From a virus (lineage: Duplodnaviria; Heunggongvirae; Uroviricota; Caudoviricetes), in IMG/VR virus record IMGVR_UViG_3300026088_000011: a DNA stretch of 58,245 bases; one strand, given 5' to 3'. The notes beneath the pieces are model-generated. The model did not search any database and had not been told where the DNA came from. It saw only the letters and a program-made list of their open reading frames with translations. The position numbers and the translations under genes are program-made. Positions 40,099 through 48,055 of this stretch are shown here, piece by piece (within the stretch, counting starts at the first letter, position 1; each line of letters begins with the position of its first letter).

Positions 40099-40563
40099 AT
40101 GGAAATCAAACAATCTCTAGAATCAAAAGCAGCTAACATAGCAATAGCAGCAGGATTATCAATTTTTATAGTAGCTATAACAGTTTCTATATTAACACAA
40201 TTAGTTCCATATTTCGATACAAAACTAGCAGTAAAGAATATTCCTTTAAATCAAATAATAAGAGGATTAACAATAGCTCCATTAGGAGAAGAATTGATTT
40301 TCAGATTAATCCCTATATCTTTATTCTCTGTTCTATTAAAGAATACAGAACTTTTCAAAGAAACCAAATGGTATATTGTAGCAATAATAGCCGCAATATT
40401 TGGTTATATACATGGAGGATTTTATAATATTTACATACAAGGTGTGGCAGGTTTCTTTTTTGGATGGGTGTATATTAAAAATGGTATGTCTTATTGGTCT
40501 GCTGTAGCTACACATTTTCTCTATAATTTCATGATTTATATTGTTTTTCCAGTAATTATTTAA
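40099..40563 (+). CDS. CPBP (type II CAAX/Abi family) intramembrane metalloprotease (start revised to ATG 40099)
   Basis: PLGEELIFR, FGYIH and ATHFLYN motifs in the canonical order within several transmembrane helices. Confidence 0.85.
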   Translation: MEIKQSLESKAANIAIAAGLSIFIVAITVSILTQLVPYFDTKLAVKNIPLNQIIRGLTIAPLGEELIFRLIPISLFSVLLKNTELFKETKWYIVAIIAAIFGYIHGGFYNIYIQGVAGFFFGWVYIKNGMSYWSAVATHFLYNFMIYIVFPVII

Positions 40564-40572
40564 ACCTTTATA

Positions 40573-43500
40573 ATGGCCTGTAAAATAAGTTATATTCAAG
40601 CTGCTCCTCTATCAGAATCTGAGAAACTTAGATTGGAAAATCTACATATAGAAATTTTTAGTAAAGCTAAAGAAAGTGGAGATTTCAGAAATTTTGATGG
40701 AAAATTATATACCCTCAAGGAAGGATATTCAAAAGGTATATCCTTCGTAGCTGGAATAAATAAGGAATATTCTACTCCTGTAGCTAAAATTAATACAAAA
40801 GCTCCAGGTCAACATTATTTATCAGTGGATGTACTTCCTTTAACTATTGAAAAACAGGAAGTAATGTTCCAAAAGTCCACATTAGAACCATCTATAGCTA
40901 CAGAGGAAACCATTAAATTAGTGAAAGAAGTAGCTAAAAAAATGGGAATAGATATTCAAGAATTGAAAGGTAAAGAGGGAGTAAATGCTACAGCAGACTT
41001 AATTTCTGGTATTATAGCTATTGCTGAAGGAAAGGAATCTGAGGCTATTACAGAGGAAACTGTACACATCGCTACAGCCATTTTAGAGCAAACCAATCCT
41101 AAGATGGTGACAGAAATGATTGCCAAAATTGACAAATTCCAGATATATAAGAGGGTTTATAATGAATATAAAGATACATACACACTTCCAAATGGAAAAC
41201 CTGATATTAGGAAGATAAAAAAAGAAGCTGTAGATAGACTTATAGCTGAAATAATTGTAAACAATAATGAGAATTTAGATCAAAATCCTGAATTAAGAGA
41301 GGAAATTAACCAATCCTTAGTAAAAGGATGGTGGAATTCTATTCTTCAATGGATAAAGAGTTTATATAAAAAGGCTAATATTGACATATTTAAACAAGCT
41401 GCTTCTGATATTCTTACAAAGGATATTGGTACAGTGGAAGATATTAAAACAGAAGGAACATTTTACCAACTATCTGATAAACAGAAAGATATACAACAGA
41501 AATTAGCTGATACACAAATAAAGGTAGAAAAGGTAGAAGATGTTAAAAATTCTGACCCATTATTATTGGATTCTGAGGAAGCTAATAATTTCTATAGAAT
41601 ACAAAAAGAAGATGGATCTTGGGAGAAAATTACTAAAAGGGTTACAGATAGGGTAAAAGCTTGGTATAAACAAAGATTTGGCAACAATGTATTTTCAGCT
41701 CAAGAAAAGGAATTTAATGAGCTTAAAAGGAAATATGGTGTAGAAGGACATGCTGATTTTGAAGAAATTCACACCAGATATTATAATGAAGATGGTACTA
41801 AAAGAGAAACTCCTTTAGAAAGACCAGATAAATTCAATCTTCCTTCTAGGGAAATGTATGATAAATTAGAGAAGTATTATGTGGAACTTGTAAATACATT
41901 TCCTCAAGATACATTAATATTCTCTGAAGTGATAATTTATGATGAAAAACAGAAAGAAGCAGGAACAATAGATTTCTTGGCTGTAGAACCTTCTGGTAAA
42001 ACCTCTATATTTGATTGGAAATTCATGAATTTTGGTAAAAATCAAGAGGATGTTGCTTGGTACAAACAAGGAGCTTATAATGTTCAAATAGGAAGATATA
42101 AAGAAATTCTTAATAAACAATATGGAATTAAGGAATTTGGACAATTAAGAGCTATTCCTATTACAATGAACTTTGAGAATAAAGATAAGAAAGACAAAAA
42201 ATCTCCTTTATTATTAAAGTCTATAGGTATAGGTAATGTCAATCCAACAGCTATGGAGCCACTTACCCAACTTCCTATAGCTGAAGAGTCAGAATCTACA
42301 GGATATGAAGCTTTGGATAATATTATAAAGAGACTTAATGCTCACCTAAGACAAGTAAGTAAAGAAAAAACTACCAATGAAGAGGATAAACAGTTTAAAA
42401 TTGAAAGACTTAATATTCTTAACAAGGCTATTAGACATGCTCACATTACACATAATGTTGTACCTCTTATACAGGTTATTGAGGTGATGAGAAAAGAAGG
42501 GGATAGAATCTTGGATGATTATTCTCTTTCTTACAAAAATAGACCTGCTACATTAGCTGATAGTACAAATGAAGAACTATCAGATTTTGCTGAGGAAATG
42601 AGGGATTATATTAAACTCTCTGAAGTATTTACAGATATTGGGGATGATTTAGGAGGACTTATATACACTGAAGAAAATAATAAAGATAATCCTACAGAGG
42701 CAGAGAAAGCAGATGCTCTTATAAGAAAACAATATCTAGATATGCTTGAAAGAGAATCTAGACTTATTAGAAAGTCTCAAAAGGAGATAAAAAAGGCAGC
42801 TTTAGCATTTGCTGACAAACATATAGGGGAACGTAATCTAGTAACAGGGTTATTAAAACCTGAGAAAATAGTTAAAGGACTTGGTAGTTTATTTAGAGGT
42901 GTAAGTGAACTCCCTCTTCGTTCCTTAGAAATATTACATAAACTTACCAGATCAGCACAAGGAAAAGCCTCCACAGATGCTCTAAAAGAGATCACTTCTT
43001 TAATGGATATTAGGAAGAAAATAGCAGATAAAGGTGTAGATATAAGAGATTTTATCAAGCAAATCTATCAAAAAGACAAGGAAAACAAACTTGTAAATAA
43101 ACTTATTCTTAAATATAATAGTGAATTCTTCAAAGAAATTGATGAAAAATCATCAGAAGGAGGAGATATTAAGTGGTTGAAAGAGAATATTAATGTAGAA
43201 GAATATAAGAAAGAAGCTCAAAAAGTTATAGATAGACAGATAGATAATATCAATAAAACTAGGTATAACGGATCTGAAGAGGAAGAAGAACTTATTAGAG
43301 ATGCTGAAAAAATCAGAGTTAGGAAACTCTATGATATTGATAGAGAAGACTTTAATGGTTGGAATAACTATATTCTAAAAAGACATCCTCTTGATAAATG
43401 GTATTCAGATGAATATAAAAATGTCTTAAAAGATCCTCTTTTATTAGAACTATACAATTTTGTTGTAAATTTCAATGAAAAGGCCAAGGAAATAGGATAT

Positions 43501-45597
43501 TTGGATAATAAGGTGGCTAGTAGCTTTCTTCCTTTTGTTAGAAAATCTATGGCTGAACAACTATCATTTGACAACACTCTATCTCCATTAGATGCTTTTC
43601 AAAAGAGTGTACAAATTAATATTGATGATGTAGGATATGGAAATATTAATGAGGTAACAGGAGAGCTTGAAAATAGCATTCCTAAATACTACACTCACGA
43701 TTTTACCAAAACTGATGGTGTAAATGACTATTCTCAGGTGAGTGAAGATTTGTTTAAGAATCTTATTCTTTATATCCAACAAGTAGAGAAGTATAAGTAT
43801 ATGTCTGAAATTGAAGGACAATTAAAACTTGTTAAAACTATAGAGGAATTCAAAACCCATCTTAATACAGGTAGAACAGGTGATGTTATAATGAAAGATG
43901 GTAAACCTGAAGAGCTTCCAGGGAATGCAGAGAATACTAAAATGTTTGATGATTTTCTGAGAGTGTTATTATATGATCAAAGATATGTACTCTCTGATAG
44001 TGATACCCCATTACATATAGATAAGGTTTTAAACTTTGTTAAAAAGAGTGTAAATGGTGTAGTCGGGAAAGAAATATGGAAAGAAAATGAAAAACCTACA
44101 GCTACATCAATGATAAAAGCTATCGATGCCGCCAATAGAGGATTTCAATTAAAAACTTTAGGATTTGAGTTTATATCAGGAGCTGTCAACATGTTTGGAG
44201 GAAACATCCAAATGGCTACACAATCAGGAAATTACTTCAAAGCTAGAGAATTTGCTAAGAATGAAGCTAAATTAACCTTCCAAAAGTTTGCCAATGAGGA
44301 GGATAAAGAACTATTCATTCAATTAGTAGACATTTTTATGCCTTTAAAAGATGATCCTTCCTATGAACTCTATAAACAAGCAGGATTAACAACTCTTACT
44401 AGACTTAATCTAGGAGATACTCTAATGGTATTTATGCGTAAACCTGAACAATTAATAGAAAAATCTGTATTTCTTTCTCTATTAGAGAATACAATGGTAG
44501 TGGATGGAAAAATAGTGAATATTAGAGAGTTTGTTAAGAATAAGTATAAAAATAGATATGATGATGCTTCCTCTTATAACCAAGTAAAGGATAAAATAGA
44601 AGCAGAAATAGAAGAATTAAAGAAAACTTCCTCTATAAATACCACTAAAAAACTGGAGGATGGGAAACTTGTAATCCCTGGACTGGATTTAAAGAATAGA
44701 GATGAGCTACAAAGACTTACTAATCTATCTAGAAGAATTTCTAGAAACGCCACCGGAGGTATGACAGATGGGGATATAAATAGAATGTCTATGTCTATTT
44801 GGACTAAATCTATGATGATATTCAAAGGTTGGATACCTAAACTAGCTGATACAAGGTTCTCTGAATTCAGAAAGGTGAGTGATGATTTCTCTGTAAGAGT
44901 GAATGAAGATGGAATAGCAGAAGGAGAAAAGTACGATATTGGTAGAATAAGGCTTTTAGCCTACATCCTATCAGATGGAATATTCAAAGGTGTACAAAAT
45001 GTAAAGAACATTGTAGCTCTTAATTCTCAAGGATTAGAACGCTTAGATAAGCTTTTTGAGGATTTTAAGCAAAAATATGAATCAGAAACAGGAGAAGCTC
45101 TGAATATGTCTAGAGAAGACTTTATTGATCTTATTAGAACCAATTTAAGAAATCAACTAAAAGAACTTGCAATATTTGCTAGTTTAATAGGAATGGCTCT
45201 TAGTTTAGGATTTATGGCTCCAGATGATGATGAGGATAAGGCTACTAAGAACTTCTTCAGATATAGTCAAAAAGTACTAGATAAGTTTGTAAATGAACTT
45301 TCATTCTTCTATAATCCTGCTGATTGGGAATCTCTATTATCAGGAGGTATATTTCCTGCTGTAGGTATAATTGAAGATATGCAAAGATTTATTATTCATT
45401 TCTTCCAACAAACTACAGGACTAGACTTTGATCCTAATACATCATATGATGATGTTAGAAAGAAGGCTCAACCTATTAAAAATGCTATGAAAATGCTGCC
45501 GATTACTAAAAGTGCAGTTACTTACCTTGCTATATTTAATGAAAATTGGGCTAAAGAATTTGATGTCACTGTGTCTAGTAGTAGTAAGAGACACTAA
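40573..45597 (+). CDS. Large ejected virion protein with PD-(D/E)xK (RecB/Cas4-like) nuclease domain
   Basis: 1674 aa; GHADF...SEV...AGTIDFL...IFDWK...QIGRY motif set (core 41959-42021); EETVH zincin-like relic; hydrophobic helices near the C-terminus. Confidence 0.75.
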   Translation: MACKISYIQAAPLSESEKLRLENLHIEIFSKAKESGDFRNFDGKLYTLKEGYSKGISFVAGINKEYSTPVAKINTKAPGQHYLSVDVLPLTIEKQEVMFQKSTLEPSIATEETIKLVKEVAKKMGIDIQELKGKEGVNATADLISGIIAIAEGKESEAITEETVHIATAILEQTNPKMVTEMIAKIDKFQIYKRVYNEYKDTYTLPNGKPDIRKIKKEAVDRLIAEIIVNNNENLDQNPELREEINQSLVKGWWNSILQWIKSLYKKANIDIFKQAASDILTKDIGTVEDIKTEGTFYQLSDKQKDIQQKLADTQIKVEKVEDVKNSDPLLLDSEEANNFYRIQKEDGSWEKITKRVTDRVKAWYKQRFGNNVFSAQEKEFNELKRKYGVEGHADFEEIHTRYYNEDGTKRETPLERPDKFNLPSREMYDKLEKYYVELVNTFPQDTLIFSEVIIYDEKQKEAGTIDFLAVEPSGKTSIFDWKFMNFGKNQEDVAWYKQGAYNVQIGRYKEILNKQYGIKEFGQLRAIPITMNFENKDKKDKKSPLLLKSIGIGNVNPTAMEPLTQLPIAEESESTGYEALDNIIKRLNAHLRQVSKEKTTNEEDKQFKIERLNILNKAIRHAHITHNVVPLIQVIEVMRKEGDRILDDYSLSYKNRPATLADSTNEELSDFAEEMRDYIKLSEVFTDIGDDLGGLIYTEENNKDNPTEAEKADALIRKQYLDMLERESRLIRKSQKEIKKAALAFADKHIGERNLVTGLLKPEKIVKGLGSLFRGVSELPLRSLEILHKLTRSAQGKASTDALKEITSLMDIRKKIADKGVDIRDFIKQIYQKDKENKLVNKLILKYNSEFFKEIDEKSSEGGDIKWLKENINVEEYKKEAQKVIDRQIDNINKTRYNGSEEEEELIRDAEKIRVRKLYDIDREDFNGWNNYILKRHPLDKWYSDEYKNVLKDPLLLELYNFVVNFNEKAKEIGYLDNKVASSFLPFVRKSMAEQLSFDNTLSPLDAFQKSVQINIDDVGYGNINEVTGELENSIPKYYTHDFTKTDGVNDYSQVSEDLFKNLILYIQQVEKYKYMSEIEGQLKLVKTIEEFKTHLNTGRTGDVIMKDGKPEELPGNAENTKMFDDFLRVLLYDQRYVLSDSDTPLHIDKVLNFVKKSVNGVVGKEIWKENEKPTATSMIKAIDAANRGFQLKTLGFEFISGAVNMFGGNIQMATQSGNYFKAREFAKNEAKLTFQKFANEEDKELFIQLVDIFMPLKDDPSYELYKQAGLTTLTRLNLGDTLMVFMRKPEQLIEKSVFLSLLENTMVVDGKIVNIREFVKNKYKNRYDDASSYNQVKDKIEAEIEELKKTSSINTTKKLEDGKLVIPGLDLKNRDELQRLTNLSRRISRNATGGMTDGDINRMSMSIWTKSMMIFKGWIPKLADTRFSEFRKVSDDFSVRVNEDGIAEGEKYDIGRIRLLAYILSDGIFKGVQNVKNIVALNSQGLERLDKLFEDFKQKYESETGEALNMSREDFIDLIRTNLRNQLKELAIFASLIGMALSLGFMAPDDDEDKATKNFFRYSQKVLDKFVNELSFFYNPADWESLLSGGIFPAVGIIEDMQRFIIHFFQQTTGLDFDPNTSYDDVRKKAQPIKNAMKMLPITKSAVTYLAIFNENWAKEFDVTVSSSSKRH

Positions 45598-45654
45598 ATA
45601 GCTATATTATATTCAAAACATTAAAATAATCCTTAAAATTTCAATAATTTAACT

Positions 45655-45662
45655 TATTTTTG
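45655..45662 (+). promoter_or_regulatory. Perfect -7 element before the 45669 gene
   Basis: TAttTTTG 6 nt before ATG; no matching -33 TTTG. Confidence 0.4.
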
Positions 45663-45668
45663 TACATT

Positions 45669-45980
45669 ATGAGAACTGCTAATATTTGCCCCACTTGTGC
45701 AACATTTATAAATGCTGCATGTATTGTATATGATGGAGATCTTCTAACCAACTTAGATGTAGCTCCTCTAGACACCTTAGATATTATTCTAGGGAAGATT
45801 AATGATGCTTTAGAGCCTCAAACTGGTCATGGCAACCCTACATCCAATGTTGTATTTGTAGGTCAATTTTATATTGACTTGGATGCTCCTGCAATATGGA
45901 TAGGGTTAGCAGCAGGAATCCCTGATTGGGGTTATTTTGGTAGTATTTCAACTACTACAACTACCACAACAACTAGTTAA
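45669..45980 (+). CDS. Small fibre-anchor-module protein with poly-Thr tail (start revised to ATG 45669)
   Basis: CPTC...CIVYDGDLLTNLDVAPLDTL aligns without gaps to the anchors of 7729 and 8849; ends STTTTTTTTTS-type tract. Confidence 0.7.
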   Translation: MRTANICPTCATFINAACIVYDGDLLTNLDVAPLDTLDIILGKINDALEPQTGHGNPTSNVVFVGQFYIDLDAPAIWIGLAAGIPDWGYFGSISTTTTTTTTS

Positions 45981-45987
45981 AAAATAA

Positions 45988-46019
45988 TTTGGATTATTAG
46001 AATATTTTTTATATTTTTG
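45988..46019 (+). promoter_or_regulatory. Consensus Bacteroidota promoter
   Basis: TTTG 45988-45991, 20-nt spacer, TAttTTTG 46012-46019 (perfect consensus). Confidence 0.8.
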
Positions 46020-46042
46020 CACAAAATTAAACCAATTATATT

Positions 46043-46474
46043 ATGGAAAAACAACTAAAAGTTGAAGAGATTTATGAATGTATAGCTCTTTTAGCAGGAT
46101 TTAAAAATGATCAAACTCAAGTTACATGTCTAGGATTTAATAATGAGAAGTCTATTTCTGAAGGAATGCGAAGAATTACTAACAAAACATTCAAGAAATT
46201 GAGTGAAAACTGGCCTAAGGAGCAATTAGAAGGTATTCAAAAACTAACAATAGAAGCTCTTCCTGCATTACAAGAAGGAGAAGAAAGAAATGATGAAATT
46301 GCTCTTTTGACTCTAAAACAAAGTAAAATTAAAGAATTAACTGAATCAGAGGTAACTATTATTTTTGAAGAACTTCCTGATTTTAAAATACTAGATAGTA
46401 GACTAGAAGAAAGAAAAGAATCATTAAGTTATAATTACAGCTATATTTTTGAACGATTGTTCCTAAACTACTAG
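46043..46474 (+). CDS. Hypothetical helical protein (monocistronic; possibly fibre-assembly chaperone)
   Basis: 143 aa with its own promoter and terminator; no catalytic motif. Confidence 0.6.
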   Translation: MEKQLKVEEIYECIALLAGFKNDQTQVTCLGFNNEKSISEGMRRITNKTFKKLSENWPKEQLEGIQKLTIEALPALQEGEERNDEIALLTLKQSKIKELTESEVTIIFEELPDFKILDSRLEERKESLSYNYSYIFERLFLNY

Positions 46475-46498
46475 AAAAGAGGATTTATCCTCTTTTTT
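46475..46498 (+). terminator. Intrinsic terminator
   Basis: AAAAGAGGA-ttta-TCCTCTTTT followed by TT. Confidence 0.75.
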
Positions 46499-46526
46499 CT
46501 TATAGCATTATTTTATTGCCAAATTC

Positions 46527-46557
46527 TTTGAAATTTGGATATTTTATCATACTTTTG
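46527..46557 (+). promoter_or_regulatory. Consensus Bacteroidota promoter for the lysis/fibre/glycosylation block
   Basis: TTTG 46527-46530, 19-nt spacer, TActTTTG 46550-46557 (perfect consensus). Confidence 0.8.
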
Positions 46558-46582
46558 TACACTCCCTCTAAATTTATTTTAA

Positions 46583-46909
46583 ATGCCTGACATTGCTGAA
46601 GAATTATCAGAAATAAAACAACAATTAGCCATAGTTATAACAACAGGGAATAATACACTTGATGAGTGTAGAAAAACCAATGGTAGAGTTACTAGACTAG
46701 AAGAAAGTCATAATAACTTAGTAAAGGATTTGGCTGTACTAGATGCCCTAACCACTCAAAAAATGAAATTTATAGATAAAGGTTTGGATGACATAACTCC
46801 TAAATTAGAGAAAGGTCAGTCCTTTATGTATACACTAAAAGGAAATTGGCAAGGTATAATGGTAGTAGCAATGCTAATAGGATATATAGTAGATAAATTT
46901 ATAAAATAG
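46583..46909 (+). CDS. Coiled-coil protein with C-terminal TM helix; holin/antiholin-like
   Basis: KTNGRVTRLE coiled coil; hydrophobic GIMVVAMLIGYIV C-terminus. Confidence 0.5.
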   Translation: MPDIAEELSEIKQQLAIVITTGNNTLDECRKTNGRVTRLEESHNNLVKDLAVLDALTTQKMKFIDKGLDDITPKLEKGQSFMYTLKGNWQGIMVVAMLIGYIVDKFIK

Positions 46910-46910
46910 T

Positions 46911-47138
46911 ATGTTCAGTAATTGGAATAAAGAATCTTCTAAAATAGGAAAAGTATTCCATACTTGGGTGGCTGGTATACTATTAGTCCTATCCATATTA
47001 GGAGGATCAAATGAATACCTTTCTCTTGTTCCTCCTGATTACATTCCAACTTATATAAAAACCATTGTTGTAATATCGGGAGTTATTTCCTATGTAGGTG
47101 GAAAATTAACCAAAAAAGAAGATGCTCCTAAGGCTTAA
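46911..47138 (+). CDS. Putative holin (two TM helices)
   Basis: 75 aa, two hydrophobic segments, charged C-terminal tail. Confidence 0.55.
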   Translation: MFSNWNKESSKIGKVFHTWVAGILLVLSILGGSNEYLSLVPPDYIPTYIKTIVVISGVISYVGGKLTKKEDAPKA

Positions 47139-47751
47139 AATAGAAATAGGGATAGTGTTACTACTAATTATAAGTAGTTCGTTTCTTTATGTATTCTATA
47201 ATAAATATAAAGAAGAAAGAGGGCAGAAAGAAGGAGTAGAACAACTTTTTAGCAAGAGCCAGGATAGTGTAAGAGTGTATAGGAATGTACACGGAAGATT
47301 AGTCAGTAAAACCAATAGTCTTGTTCTGGAGAATAAGACAATTAAACAACTTGTAAAAGATGGAAATCTACCCTTTCTAAAGGAATTTGATGGTTTAAAA
47401 AGGAATTATAAAAATCTAGAATATGCTTTTCATTCTCTCTCAAAATCTGTAGATAGTCTTCATATCCATTTAAAAGATAGTGCCTTTAGTTATATTGATA
47501 ATAAAGGTGATACTGTTAAATTTGTAGCCAAAAATTGGAAAAAACAAGATAAATGGTCAAAATTTGACTACAAAGAAGTTAGTCCAGATAGTGCAATCCT
47601 TAAATATGAAGTGGATGTCCCTTTAGATGGAGTATTGTATTGGAAAAGGAGATGGTTTTTAGGAAAAAAGCACTATTTTTCAGAAATGACTTCTGAAAAT
47701 CCACATGTTAAAATTCCAGAACTATTAGAATTAAAAGTAGGTAAAAAATAA
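47122..47751 (+). CDS. Putative spanin-like protein (N-terminal TM + periplasmic coiled coil)
   Basis: IGIVLLLIISSSFLYVFY anchor, then coiled coil and beta-rich C-terminus; overlaps the holin-like gene. Confidence 0.5.
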   Translation: MLLRLKIEIGIVLLLIISSSFLYVFYNKYKEERGQKEGVEQLFSKSQDSVRVYRNVHGRLVSKTNSLVLENKTIKQLVKDGNLPFLKEFDGLKRNYKNLEYAFHSLSKSVDSLHIHLKDSAFSYIDNKGDTVKFVAKNWKKQDKWSKFDYKEVSPDSAILKYEVDVPLDGVLYWKRRWFLGKKHYFSEMTSENPHVKIPELLELKVGKK

Positions 47752-47760
47752 AAATAAATA

Positions 47761-48051
47761 ATGCCTCATTATGTAAAAACCGGATTTTGGACAAGTTCTG
47801 CAAAGAAATATAATGATTATCTCGATTTAGAGAAATTAATAACCTCTACTATAGGACCTATACCTAATTTGTTAGCAGGTAATAACATTACTATTACAGG
47901 AACCTATCCTAATCTAATAGTAAATACTATAGATCCTATAAATATAATAGCGGGTGCAAACATTGGAGTTACAGGAACCTACCCTGATATAACTATTGCA
48001 GTTACAGGACTGTCAGGAGGAAGTGGATTTACAGTATTTAATTTAAATTAA
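47761..48051 (+). CDS. Short fibre-like structural protein with two AGxNIxxTGTYP repeats
   Basis: AGNNITITGTYPNL and AGANIGVTGTYPDI in 96 aa. Confidence 0.6.
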   Translation: MPHYVKTGFWTSSAKKYNDYLDLEKLITSTIGPIPNLLAGNNITITGTYPNLIVNTIDPINIIAGANIGVTGTYPDITIAVTGLSGGSGFTVFNLN

Positions 48052-48055
48052 TAGA

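Noticed and set aside
12611-45662. Track start codons at 12611, 24877, 40078 and 45660
   Set aside because: Downstream ATGs (12629, 24934, 40099, 45669) avoid overlaps with upstream genes or promoter elements and have better A-rich leaders
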